A stretch of 64,000 bases of DNA, taken from assembly GCA_052426225.1 (NCBI GenBank), contig JBNJNM010000013.1, positions 62,001 through 126,000 on the forward strand. The letters run 5' to 3'. The position numbers and the translations under genes are program-made. The notes under the pieces were generated by a model. It saw nothing but the letters and a program-made list of their open reading frames with translations. It was not told the DNA's origin and searched no databases. The stretch is from Zancudomyces culisetae HAW-14-8. Taxonomy: Eukaryota; Fungi; Kickxellomycota. Below are positions 52,557-64,000 of the stretch, in pieces. Position 1 is the first letter of the stretch, and each line of letters opens with the position of its first letter.

Positions 52557-53750
52557 TTATGGATATACATCCAAACTACTCCAATTAGTTTGTGATCCAC
52601 TCTCACGTTCAGTATATATAGTCCTTTTGTGAGGAGATCCAGACAAGTCGCAGTAATCAACGGTATCCACCTTAATTACCAGCAGCACTATTTGTTCCAA
52701 TGCTATTTCTCTTATTTCCTGGTCACTCTTATCTCGCATTTGCCTCATCTCCTCTTCTTTTATGGGTAGCCCTGGTCCCGGACCTGCGTACCACCTTTTT
52801 AATCCTTGCGACTGTGTATCTATTACTTTCTTTAGCATATCTTCATAGTCTATGGATTCGGCTAAAAAAAAATTATACGAGTAATATTAGTAAACAATCA
52901 ATATTTTATATGGTTTGTTTGCTTTACTACACGCAACATCGTCGCTTATAAGTACAAATAGTTCAAAAATGTTTATGCCCCCAACCGACCCAGTTTTAAA
53001 TACAGTAACACCTACCTTCAGCTTCACCACTGTCCTTTTTCCCAACTTGCACTTCAGGCACTGCTGTACCTTGTAGGAGCTCTTTCTTGTAAAGATGTTT
53101 ACTTAGTTCCATTTTCATTTTTTCGTTCTCTTGATCAAATGGAGAGTGTGAAATAAGTATGGCCTTTCCAGAAAACCGATACTGCTCTGATGTGTTTGGA
53201 AACCAGCTACAAGTTTAATACATATTTGTTACAGAGCCAACTCTTTGCATTCATTTGTTTATATCCTACTATATACTCCCCTATTTATTCATCGAGCAAG
53301 AATACAACCCCCCAGCCCATAATAAGGATGAAATGGTTACATAAAAAAGAAAACAGTTGGGTTACATTTGATATTCAACATTGTGGTTGCCAACTATCTC
53401 CTCCACTTTACGGGTTCGTATGTGTGTACCAATAACCATCAGATCAGATGTAAATCCAGAGATAGGAAACATTTCAACATCTGTCTTGCCCAAAAACCCT
53501 CGAAATACAACCGCTCTTACTTTGGGTTTTCCTTCTTTGGTAACGCTGGCTAAACTACCCAAAACTATATATTCAAGAGTAAAATTAGATTTGTACACAT
53601 CGGTAGTACACTCCACCTGCCAAAAAGATAAATACCCAAACCACTACACAGAAAGTAAAAGATAATTATCGGTTTACCTGGTTGGGATTTCGGAGTCAAA
53701 TGCTCTCTGAGCGATCTAACAAGCATACTTCTCCAGGGTGCCACCGCCAT
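52557..53750 (-). CDS. Pyridoxamine 5'-phosphate oxidase-like FMN-binding split-barrel protein (Alr4036-type), 4 exons
   Basis: MAVAPWR, GKPKVRAVVFRGF, THIRTRKVEEI, WFPNTSEQYRFSG and VDYCDL motifs. Confidence 0.82.
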
Positions 53751-54876
53751 ATTGTGAATTCTTTTTTTTCTTCCTAGTTTGAAAAATAGAAATGTACTCT
53801 ATATCTGTTTCCTAACCTTTCTACTAGTTTATGTATTCAAACTCATATATTATTCAGTCTCAACACCTATATCTCCATACTATCTCTGTTTCATCGATTA
53901 TTTTTAGAGTTTCAAATACAATATTTTCAGATTACATATTGACCCAAAGATAGTCGGGTGGAAAATAGAAGAAAGAAAAGACTAGACCATCACTGCTCCT
54001 CATTACCTTTAAATGATAACAATCACAAAACCTTCAGCTTTACCGCTTCGTGTTAATATAGTAGCTTTTTATCTACTTAAAAGCTGTGTATACCATTGCG
54101 AGTTTTTTAATCCAAAAATCCAAAAATCACGTGTATAACGTCTCAAAATGACACTTTACACGAAACACAGGAATAGCTCTGAACATATCATCCGCTTTGC
54201 TACACTGCTCTTGTGGACCTCGCCCTCCCCACCATTTCATGAACCTTTTCCTCTCCTCTGGATTAGCCTCACCACGTATTTTATACTATCCATTCAATTG
54301 CCTTTTTTCATCTCATGCCAGATTTGCAGCAAATTGGAAATTGGCATAATATAGCTTAATTGATTAAATGGATAGGCTCGGTAAAATGTATCAAGTTTGA
54401 TTTGCTGACAAATACAAATCTCAAGGGGGCATGTTGATAGCAATTCTGAAATTATGTGAGAAAGAAAATAACACATCATTAGGCAAACTAAGCTACATTT
54501 CTCATAAGTCTGATAACCAAGTTATTATAGATCCATGACAAGTTAAAGTGGCTTCATATTTGCTTTTTCGTTTTGGAGCTTTATTCGGAAACATCGAATC
54601 GCTTTGTTGGTAGAAATGGTGTGGGGAGTACTAATCATAGTAGTTACTAAAGAAAAGCGTAGAACAAAATATAACTTCCAAGCTCAAACGAAAAAGCACA
54701 TTCTCAATATATAGTTCTTTGTAAAAGCATATATAAAAACTAGTTGTGGGCCTTTACGCCTTTTTTTTTTCATTGATCATTTTTTTATAGTATTCTATAG
54801 AGTCATTTTACTGTTTCTTCATTTACAGACTACTACTTACTGTGTCAAAGGGTGAAAAATATATAAAAACACAAAA

Positions 54877-55161
54877 ATGGGTGAATATTTGGTTTTGATT
54901 AGAGACTTTACAGATGCAGACTGCATCAACCGCCGAATGCAAGTCAGAGAAAAGCACCTGGACAATGCACGGGCACTGATGAAGAAAGGGCATGTCATAA
55001 ACATTGGTGGTGCTCTGGGTGACGGCGATGGAAAACTGGTTGCCAGCGCACTAGTCTGCATAGCCGACTCTGAAGAACAAATCAAGGAGGTTCTTGAAAG
55101 CGATATTTATGTCAAAAATAACGTCTGGGATCTGAGCACACTTCGTATTTCCAAGCTCTAA
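54877..55161 (+). CDS. YCII-related domain protein ending in SKL
   Basis: D...RRMQVREKHL, GGAL and SDIYVKNNVW motifs typical of YciI. Intronless. Confidence 0.88.
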   Translation: MGEYLVLIRDFTDADCINRRMQVREKHLDNARALMKKGHVINIGGALGDGDGKLVASALVCIADSEEQIKEVLESDIYVKNNVWDLSTLRISKL

Positions 55162-55517
55162 AAAAAGGGGAAGGGTGCTTCGCATGAATGTAGCATGGAT
55201 AAGTCAAAAGAAAAGAAGTAAGAAGCTAGGGAATGGTGCGGATCGGGATGTGACGCCCTTTTCTCCCTATATTTGCTTTTGTTTTGGATCTATTACTTGG
55301 TTTTATATTAAGTATAAAGTTTAATTTTCTCGTGGCTTTGACTAGAGGTTATCTTGCTTAAATAAAAAGAATTCAAATTAAAATGGTTTATATTGCAGCG
55401 TATTTGCGAGTGTTAGTTTTGTATAGTGTAAAAGGTTGATTTAGTAATAAAAATCCAGATTACTTTTGTAAATAGACTAATATACTTGAATAGCCGGTCG
55501 ACTTCTGAGATGGTGAA

Positions 55518-55538
55518 GTGTGTGTGTGTGTGTGTGTG
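55518..55538. repeat. (GT)n microsatellite
   Basis: gtgtgtgtgtgtgtgtgtgtg. Confidence 0.9.
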
Positions 55539-56558
55539 GGAGGGGGGTATCTTATTATTATTAGAGCAAACTTCCCAACTAGCGGGGGTATCATCCACAC
55601 CATTACTTGATTAAAGTACTAGAGTTTTAGGAGCTTTACTTAGTACATTGCAGTATAACAACCAAAAGTCTCAAAGGTTGCACCATTTCCTTAAAGAGCG
55701 CTAACAAAAGCTTAAATTGCTAATAAACTGCTTTTCCAAACAACCTTTCTTTTTGCTCTAGATCCTAGTATTAAAAAAAAGTACTAACGTGTCATTCCAT
55801 AATGTACCAGACAATTTTCAGCAGAGCGTTCTGGCTTTCAGAAAAAATTTTACACTAACACAGTCGCTCAATTAGCAGTTTCGCTATTAGTTTGATGTAC
55901 ACATTTCATAATATTCTGTTTTTACATGCTGGATATCAGTTAACCTATCCTTATTCCCCCCGCCCCTATTCAAAGCAATTACCCTTGCCATAAATTCTAT
56001 CCTTCTTGCTGCGATTTCTGGAATTTCTCCATTCAAATCAAAATCAATAAAAAAAACGTAAAAAAAACTAATCGTGCTAGTAAAAAATTTTTCGATAAAA
56101 TCAACAAATAATTGCCATAGTATCAATAATTTTAATCATTAATCAATAGAATTCTTGATATTCTAGTTATTTTTTATCAACACCTGGTTAGAACAAGTAT
56201 TCAGGAAATCGAGGTAAGCATTTAAACATCGACGGTTACATTAATGTTAATTAACAATCTTGAGTCCCAATATGGCACTGAGTTCGAGTATATGGATACG
56301 AGAACAGGGGGGGGGGGTGCAAAAGAAAACGGATCCGACAAATTGGAGCTCAGTAACCATATTTGTGATTTAATTTAGATTTTGAGGATTCTCAAATCAA
56401 TATTTATCAATTCGAGTATTTTATATAAGCATCCAGTTTTAACAATTATATATCTTTATTTTTTAGATTCTGATTTTTGGAAATCAAGGATATAAATAGA
56501 AAGAGAGAAACTAAGAATTGTATAAACACTCGAAAAAAACTAGATAAATCAAGACAAA

Positions 56559-57584
56559 ATGGTAAGGCAAGAAAATACTAACTAATTGTTTTCGTTCGAT
56601 AGTATTCAGCTTGATAAGATCTATAGGCGAATATTATCGTATGTTATGGGTTTCTTTTTGTAAAAGTTTCTATAATTCTCCAACTTGTAAACCAAAACCA
56701 CCAAAACTAAAATAAAATAAAATACATCAGTTTAGAGGATTTGGAAAAGGTACAAAAGCATTGACTTCAGGCTCAAAAATGCTCGGAGCATTCAGAAAAT
56801 CACCAGTAAATAACGTTCGATTGATCCACAACACTGTGAAAGCATTCGAGCAAGTAAAGCCAATAGATCCACCAAGCACTGACGGTGCTGCTGGTAGCAA
56901 AGCAAGCCCCAAGATCACTGCAATCGTCGACGAAATCGCCAAACTAACGCTTATCGAAACCTCACAGCTTGTAGAAGCCATCAAGGTAGGCACCAATCCC
57001 ATCACTCTTTTCCTTCTTTTTTTTATTCACTATTTTATTGTACTTTCTGCCTGTTGGTTGCGGAGAGAATATACGCAATTACGAGCGGCTAACCAATGGT
57101 ATTTATCCAAAAAAAATAGTCTAAATTCAACATCACAGAAACATTCCAAGTTCCAGCTGGAATGATGGGAGGTGCAGGAGCAGCCGGAGCCGCCGACGCA
57201 GCAGCAGCCCCAGTCGAGGTAATAAACAGAAATAATCATTTATTCCTTCCCATCGATAGCTACATCATCATTACATTGATGGGGAAGGGGAGGATGTATT
57301 TAAACTCATGATCTGGTTTTTGAAACTTAACATCTAAACAAATCAAATAGGAAAAGCCCGCAGAAAAATCCGAATTCACAATTAAGCTTGAGAAGTTTGA
57401 CGCAGCCCAAAAGGCCAAAGTCATTCGGGAAATCAAAGCTCTGCTTCCAAACCTCAACCTTGTAGCCGCAAAGAAATTCGTTGAAGAATCACCAAAGGTT
57501 GTTAGGGAGAATGTGCCCAAGGAAGAGGCCGAAAAGATCAAGGCTACACTGGAGGCTGTTGGTGCAACTGTTGTTCTGGAATAA
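56559..57584 (+). CDS. MNP1: Mitochondrial ribosomal protein bL12m (4 exons)
   Basis: ATG|GTAAGG followed by a basic presequence FRGFGKGTKAL. Contains IVDEIAKLTLIETSQLVEAIK and KAKVIREIKALLPNLNLVAAKKFVEESP...LEAVGATVVLE*. Confidence 0.92.
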
Positions 57585-57783
57585 TTTTTTCATCTTTCCC
57601 TTCTTTACTTTTTCTTAATCAAAATTCAACTTTTTTTCGCCACTGTTGATTATAATGATTCAAAACGTTAATAAACATTTATTTAGTAAACAGTGGTCTG
57701 GGTATATAAAAAAAAATCAAAAAGTAATTAAAAAAAACAAAATAGAATATATCAATGAAAAAGGAAAAGAGGTGAGGTTATCA

Positions 57784-58967
57784 TCACCACTCCTTCTTGA
57801 TTTCAAATGCCCAGTCCCATTCCAAGTGCGTTACTTTGTCATCATCAATAAATTTGCTCTATATTGGTGTACAATACCTTTGCAGTTAATATCCGTCAAC
57901 CATTCTATATAACATTCCAAAAATTAAAAATGATGTATCATACCTTGACATTGTATCTTCCTCGAGCTAAAAAGCCACTTGGTGACTCTTCAGGCATAAA
58001 CTATTTTCGTTTGTGCATTAATTTGATTGTCAGTAAAGCTCCAAAATCAAGGGAAAGTAGAAATGAAAAATATATGTACAAGTATTTACCTTTTTCTCGT
58101 AATAGCTGTCGGAAGGTCCATAACTTCCTACCATTTCTTCCAATCGGTCAACTATACAGAATTAAGTCAAGGTTACCGCTGTTTTTTTGTAATTGTGTTA
58201 TTTCTACTGCAATTGATGCTAGTTTATAAATATAAATAAAAAGCAAATGTAATCTACCTCTGATTCCCTTGCGCTTAACAACATGCAGGTATTTGAGCCC
58301 AGAGATGACGTCGTGTTGAACCCTAAGAAAAATTAGCATGAAGTAATACTTTAGCCTTCGTTCTTGTAGAATCTACTTCGAGTATACATTGTTTAATGAC
58401 TGCGCCACTTACTTGAATCGAACTTTTAGTCGGTAGGTCACTCCTTCCTTGATTACCATCGGACTATCGTTTAGCTGCTTAGTTTTTTCTAAAAAAAAAT
58501 AGAAACATATATGTTAACATTACAGGCAAATTTTGAGATTCTATCGTCAATCGTCTTACCTGCAGTCGAGACGTCAGCAACTACTTTATCTTCTCCGTCA
58601 ACCTCGAGGATCATTGCCAATATCACCACTCTTCGGGGATCATCAGTAGGAGCCGCTACCTCTATTTGTTTTGTTTTGTATTTAGTATTCAGCTTTTATC
58701 AACATACGAGTTCATAGTAGATAAGCTTTACAAGACAACATGTTTTTATCCATCCCATTCAATGGAACTGGAAAAAAAACCTGCTACAGATGAATTACAC
58801 TCCAAAAAGAAACACTTACTACTAACTTGGCCTAATCCAAGACTCTCCTTCCACTTGTTAAGTGATTCATCGTTTGCATCCAAGCTTTTGTACTCCTCTA
58901 TGGTTTTTTTCTCTCCTACAATGTATCCCTCAGTCTCGGTGGGAATTAGTTCTTGTTCTTCGGCCAT
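57784..58967 (-). CDS. RDI1: Rho GDP-dissociation inhibitor (multi-exon)
   Basis: KKTIEEYKSLDANDESLNKWKESLG, PMVIKEG, SGLKYLHVVKRKGIR, EEMVGSYGP, EESPSGFLARG and SKFIDDDK...FEIKKEW*. Confidence 0.93.
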
Positions 58968-61149
58968 CTATTTATTAGGGAGAGGATTTATGCACAAAAT
59001 TAGAATGCTGATGTGTAATCGGCAAGCGGATTACTTGCTTCCAGATATTTCTGCAGGTATTGTTGGGTAGTTGTTTGTCTCTACTTACGATTTTCAGCTT
59101 TTTTTCTGTAAATTCAATGTTGTTCTATTAGGTATACTACCACTTCGGCTTTGTGTGTCGAGAGTATTTTGTTTTGTGGAATAAAAAGCACTTTTAGAAT
59201 TTTAAATGAAAAAAATCTGCCAACTATTGAAAATGGGTTATTGGTTGTTCGAAAAGTCAGTTGAATTTAAGCACCAGTCATCATTACTGAGAAAATGCTA
59301 GTAATATATTGGCCGTTTTGGTTAATTTTATTTGTCGGTGGCCTAAATCTGTGGATTTCAGTTGGTTTTCATTTCTATTTTTTTTTCAATTCCCGAAAGT
59401 TTGAAAAAATAAGCGAGCAATAAAAACAAAACAATGGCCGCAATTGTATCCAACAGTCATTAATTATCTGCTTTTGTTTGCTTAGTCTTTTTACACTCTT
59501 GATTTTGCTTTTGTTCGTTATTTTCAAGTACTTAAATTTCAATTGCTTTTATGAAAAATCCTCAAATCTGGTGTGCAGCTTTTATGGGCATAAGAAATTC
59601 ACTAAATAAAAAGGTGTTATGCCCGCCAATCATAGCAGAAAAGGCTTGCCTCCTTCTAACAATCAGCATTACCATTGTTTGGTTCTTTTTTTATTTATTT
59701 TTTACAAAAATTAAGAATTTGTGAAAAACACGCCAATTCATGGTGTGTTAAAACGATCGACTCTGGCTAACAGGTTCGAGACATGCATATTTTTCACAAA
59801 AATATGCTGGAAGGGAGAAAGTGGGAATAGACCCACCATAAGTTGGGAATACTCGATTCTTTGTTGCTGACACCCTGCACCTCTTGATTTTCACTTTGCA
59901 GATTCACTCCCTCTTTAACCCCTTCTCTCATTTTGATGCCGTCAGCCCCTGTGTCATAACTCCACCACACCTAACACTCTTTTTCAACTTCATACTCTTT
60001 TTCCAAAAAGAAAAATCTAGAAGTTTTGCAAGATGTTGTATTTGGCGTATTTCACTGACTTTGCAAATTGCCTTGATTTTTTCACTATATTACGCATGTA
60101 AAAAGGAAGATTTACACGAGAGTTTTGCAGAGATTAGCCAATTGCAGGGATATACTGTTGCGCCATTTAAAAATGTGTGTGATATCTGAACTGTAGATGT
60201 AGACAGCAACAGTGTTGCCAAAGATGAAGCCTATTTTCACCTGTTTTATGAACCTAGTCACTGCGTGATATCGCAACCAGTAGCTCTTTTTTTTTTGACT
60301 CCAAATGCTGGCTAAATATCATTTCTAGCAGTTATAGCTAAGCCCAGTATGTATTGGTTCAAAAAAATGATCAACTTCATTAAATACAGATTTGTGTTTT
60401 TGTTGTTTATGTTGTCAGAATAGTATGTGATGAAGGTTCCCAAGATGTTCAGAAATTTCGAATGAAAAGGTCGGTCGTTGAGCTATCAATTATTGTGAGA
60501 GTCTTTGACTAATTAGTATTTTCCTATTGTTGAGACTCGAGTTGGGATATGGATAAACCTCTAAATAAAAAGATATAAAACTCACATATGTTGACTATCG
60601 ATTCAGTATACCAAAAAGAAGTGAATAACTGGAAATTATCCATTGGTAGGGTATCTACCTAGGTAATATACTGGATTTAAATGCTAATAGCCAAACACCA
60701 GCTGCTAAGGTGCCAAGTTTCAATTTCTCAACCGCTGAATATTGTTATCTGAGTTGCAAACTATGACAATATGCAGTTCAAGTGCGATGGAATAAAAAAG
60801 AATGGTTTATTGATCGAAGGGTATACGAAACAAATATACTCTCGGACTATACATGTCATATTTGTAATATAATGCATAGAAGGTAACTAAACTATAACTC
60901 TGGTGTAGTTTAGCTAGCAAAATGCAATATATACGTATATACAGAAAGCTCTTCTCTTTTTTACGATTTCTTTACGCACATGTTTTTTTTTGAGAATAAA
61001 GTGAAGAAATATTTGTGTTTTGAGTTTTGATATAAATCAATTCTATTTTAAAATCAACTTGGAAAAAAAAAATCACAATATATATTTGATACTTTCTCAC
61101 CAACATTTCATTTTCACTCACACCCATAACAAACAATCGGGAATTAACG

Positions 61150-62650
61150 ATGGAAAAGTACTCTAAATGGAGGGTAAGAGACTATTACCTAATAATATAT
61201 TTGCTGAAACCCACATTGACTACTAGCTAACATATGACTTTTGGAATGATGTGTGTAGGATGCAGGGACAGGAATTCAGCCTTTTCTGCAAGTAGTGGTA
61301 AGTACAAAGCAAAGCAAGGACATTCAATATTGAAAACATGAAAAAAGAATTACTTGAAATCGTACTTATTCAAAATTTCTACAATAAAGCCGCCAGTCAG
61401 TAGTAAAAATGTACCAGAACTCATTACAGGTCTGCTGAAAAACTACATATTTGCACCAGTGGTTGTAGCAATCAGAGTGATTTTGGTTACAGTAATAGTA
61501 GTAATCGATGGTAGCACACAGTTTATATGCAATCTGGTAAGTATAAAGTCTTCAGTTAGTGACACATTTTATAGGTACACACGTAGATGAAGCTATAATA
61601 ACCTGTACTAAAAGTATTATTATGCATTAACTAAACACCCAAGCCAAACTCAAAATTTACATTTTTTTTGTGAAATAGATACCCATGCAAAAGGCAAGAA
61701 ACGAGACAAAGAGTACGTTTAGAAAGCTGTGTGCGAGAGCGGCATTGTTCAGCATAGGATTTTATTCGATTGAAGAGCAGGAAAGAAAAATAGTCAACCG
61801 AGAGCAGGGGGAAAGGGAGAGCAGCTTACGGATGGAGAGGTGGAAGCCGAAATCCGGGGATATTATAATGTCAAACCACTGTTCGTATGTAGACGTGTTG
61901 TATTTCATTGCAAAGTTTGACCCAACGTTCATAAAAATCGATAATGCGACATTACACGTACAACCGCTAAGAGGATGGGATGCGATTATGGCTTTGGGCT
62001 CAGCACGTCCACCTGCGCTTCTAAATGCCAAAGATGCAATAGAGCTTTGTAACTTGACGCGGGATAACAGACTATATGGGTTGGGGCCGATAGTTGTGTT
62101 TGGTGAAAACGCGACAACCAATGGTGAAGGGTTATTACAACCATTACCAATCCTCAGCAGCATTAGCATAAATATGGATGAAGAGACGCGACTCGGGATA
62201 TACGGGCTAAAATATATGTACAAACGATTTTCGCCAACTTATACGAATGGTAGTCGTGTGCGCCACTTTTTAAGATTACTTGGACAGGTATACAACACGT
62301 TAGTTGTGCGATTTGTAGATCCACAGGATTGTCCACAGCCATATGACTATAGTATATCTGAATCAAACAGCGGGGAGAAACAGACCAAGAGTAGAGGTAA
62401 AAGCAAAGGCGCAAAGGGTAAAGGGAAGGAGGGAGGAAAAGGAAAGGGAAAAGGCAAAGGGAAGGGTCAGAGTGCGGGTATTGAAAGCGAGGAGGATGAA
62501 AATGTAAATATTGCGGATAACGCAAATGACAACAGTGGGATTGATCAAGAAATATCAAATATTATATCGACAATAACAAGGACGCGACAAACTCGATTGA
62601 CAGCAGTTGACAAGTTGGATTTTCTAAAATACTATGAATCTAAAAACTAG
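61150..62650 (+). CDS. LOA1: Lysophosphatidic acid acyltransferase Loa1/Vps66-like (4 exons)
   Basis: Spliced MEKYSKWR|DAGTGIQPFL, a TM exon, the SNHCSYVD (NHx4D) motif and VFGENATTNG. Confidence 0.85.
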
Positions 62651-62703
62651 AGGAACTACCAACTACCACTTAATAAAGCGACACAAACAAGCAAAAAAGT
62701 TAT

Positions 62704-63758
62704 TTACAAAAAGGAAAGAGTAAAAGAGTTGCCACTGGTACCATTGTTATCTGTAGTGGGTGTGAGGGAAATAGATAGGTTTTTCAAGAAAGATTTTGAC
62801 TTTTTCTTGCCAAATTTTCTTTCAAGTTTCTTTTGAACTTTGGAAAATTTGACGGTTCGAAGAGATACGGGTTCGTTGGTATTTTTATCCTTTGATTTTG
62901 ATTTTGACTTTGATTTTGAGGATTGCTCAGAAGACAATAAACATGATTTAAAGAAGGAAAGAATTTCATTTTGACCCTTGTTTTCGGTTTGGGTGGTACC
63001 TACGTTCGCGTTGGTAATACGTTCACCTGATTCGTCAAGGTTGAGTTTGGCATGTTCGATGGTCTTTTCAGTGTTGATTTGTGTGAGTTTTGTGCCCAAA
63101 TCTGAGACGATATTGCCGGTACTTGTAAATGGATTCTTTGTATTTGCGGCGGTGTTATTCTTTTTAGTATTTTCGTTTTGCTTCTGGTTTTGCTTCTGGT
63201 TTTGGTTTTGGTTTTGCTTCTGGTTTTGGTTGTTTTGATTCTGTGCTTGGTTTTTGTTATTTTGTTTCTTGTTGTTTCCCTTCTAGAAGAATATAAATAA
63301 TAAATTGTCAACCATATACTCTTAAATCAGTAAGAAATCATAGAAAAAAAATTTTGCAATACAATAAAGGAAATATGACATACAGTATAAAGACTCTTCA
63401 TATATTTTTGTTCCTCCGAAATGCAAGTAGTGTGGGCGCGATATCCATTATCCACAAAATCCGTGTTGCAATCGATACAAGTAAATCCCGCAAAGTGACC
63501 ATACTTGGCTTGACAACGTTGTCTGTGCTGATCGAGCTTTGGTTTTTTGAGTGTCTCTTGACAAGCGTTACAAACTAATTGATTGTTTAATTATTCAAGT
63601 AAATGTATATTTTTTTTTTCATAAAGGGATCGAGGTAATAGTTAATGAATACAATATAAATATAGTCAGTTTATATATATAGTTAATCGAGTATACTGGG
63701 AAAAAAGGTGGTGGTGGTATTGGTGGTGGGGGAAAAAAAACTTACCAAATGATACCAT
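62704..63758 (-). CDS. LYAR-type C2HC zinc-finger nucleolar protein (3 exons)
   Basis: Spliced MVSF|VCNACQETLKKPKLDQHRQRC...FTCIDCNTDF...YRAHTTCISEEQKY. Followed by a Q/N/K repeat linker and a basic C-terminus. Confidence 0.88.
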
Positions 63759-64000
63759 TTTTTTTCTTGTGCTGGTTTCTGGTTTCTATTAAATATTGTA
63801 ATGATACAAGTATTGTATTCTATAATCTGGGTTAAATGCAAAATCCTAGTATAGTTTGGTTATTTCCTCGGGCCAAGTTAAGCTTGATTGAAGACTTTTG
63901 GATTCTGTTTAAAATAAATGTTTGATTTGTATATATATTTTATATGATTAATATCATGTGTTTATTACATTAGCCCAAATCCATATAAATTGGAAAAAAA

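Noticed and set aside
55887-56126. Minus-strand 79-aa ORF superficially like selenoprotein K (F-rich helix, GGG, Cys near the end); tempting because some early-diverging fungi use selenocysteine
   Set aside because: No in-frame ATG or acceptor, ends in TAA rather than TGA, the Phe-richness comes from T-runs, and the downstream TGAA..TGAA hairpin is too short for a SECIS.
59730-59790. GGTTCGAGAC B-box-like motif suggesting a tRNA
   Set aside because: No T-stem or acceptor-stem pairing and no cloverleaf.
60427-60485. GTGATGA box-C-like motif, possible C/D snoRNA
   Set aside because: No CTGA D box or terminal stem, and only a short ambiguous rRNA complement.
3643-63238. Numerous antisense or alternate-frame ORFs in the ORF track (e.g. 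15908-16792, 10340-10927, 29887-30624)
   Set aside because: These are shadows of real genes on the opposite strand, with low-complexity S/F/L-rich translations.

Overview
AT-rich eukaryotic genomic DNA with short GT-AG introns. Protein content is fungal. The LINE remnant and overall style suggest an early-diverging lineage, plausibly Harpellales insect-gut fungi; this is inference, not verified. About 23 protein-coding genes can be supported, mostly housekeeping: thioredoxin, Cms1, gamma-tubulin, a class-3 lipase, RPS25, a 5'-nucleotidase, NDR kinase Cbk1, TFIIIC subunit Tfc4, a YEATS2/Ahc1-like protein, GTP cyclohydrolase I, threonine aldolase, a bZIP factor, a CCDC6-like coiled-coil protein, a P-loop kinase with an unusual His-rich tail, Rpt6, a PNPOx-like flavoprotein, YCII, mitochondrial bL12, Rho-GDI, a Loa1-like acyltransferase and LYAR. 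There is also a degraded non-LTR retrotransposon 3' end. I found no tRNA, rRNA, snRNA, U12 intron or convincing selenoprotein. I cannot demonstrate a new multi-gene system. The best leads are: (1) a 58-aa PIGBOS1-like microprotein missed by the ORF track; (2) a P-loop kinase fused to a His-lined beta-meander-like domain; (3) a YEATS2/Ahc1 bridging protein; (4) a G/C-skew inversion inside a single TFC4 exon; (5) a YCII protein ending in a PTS1. Exon boundaries were read by eye and are approximate.
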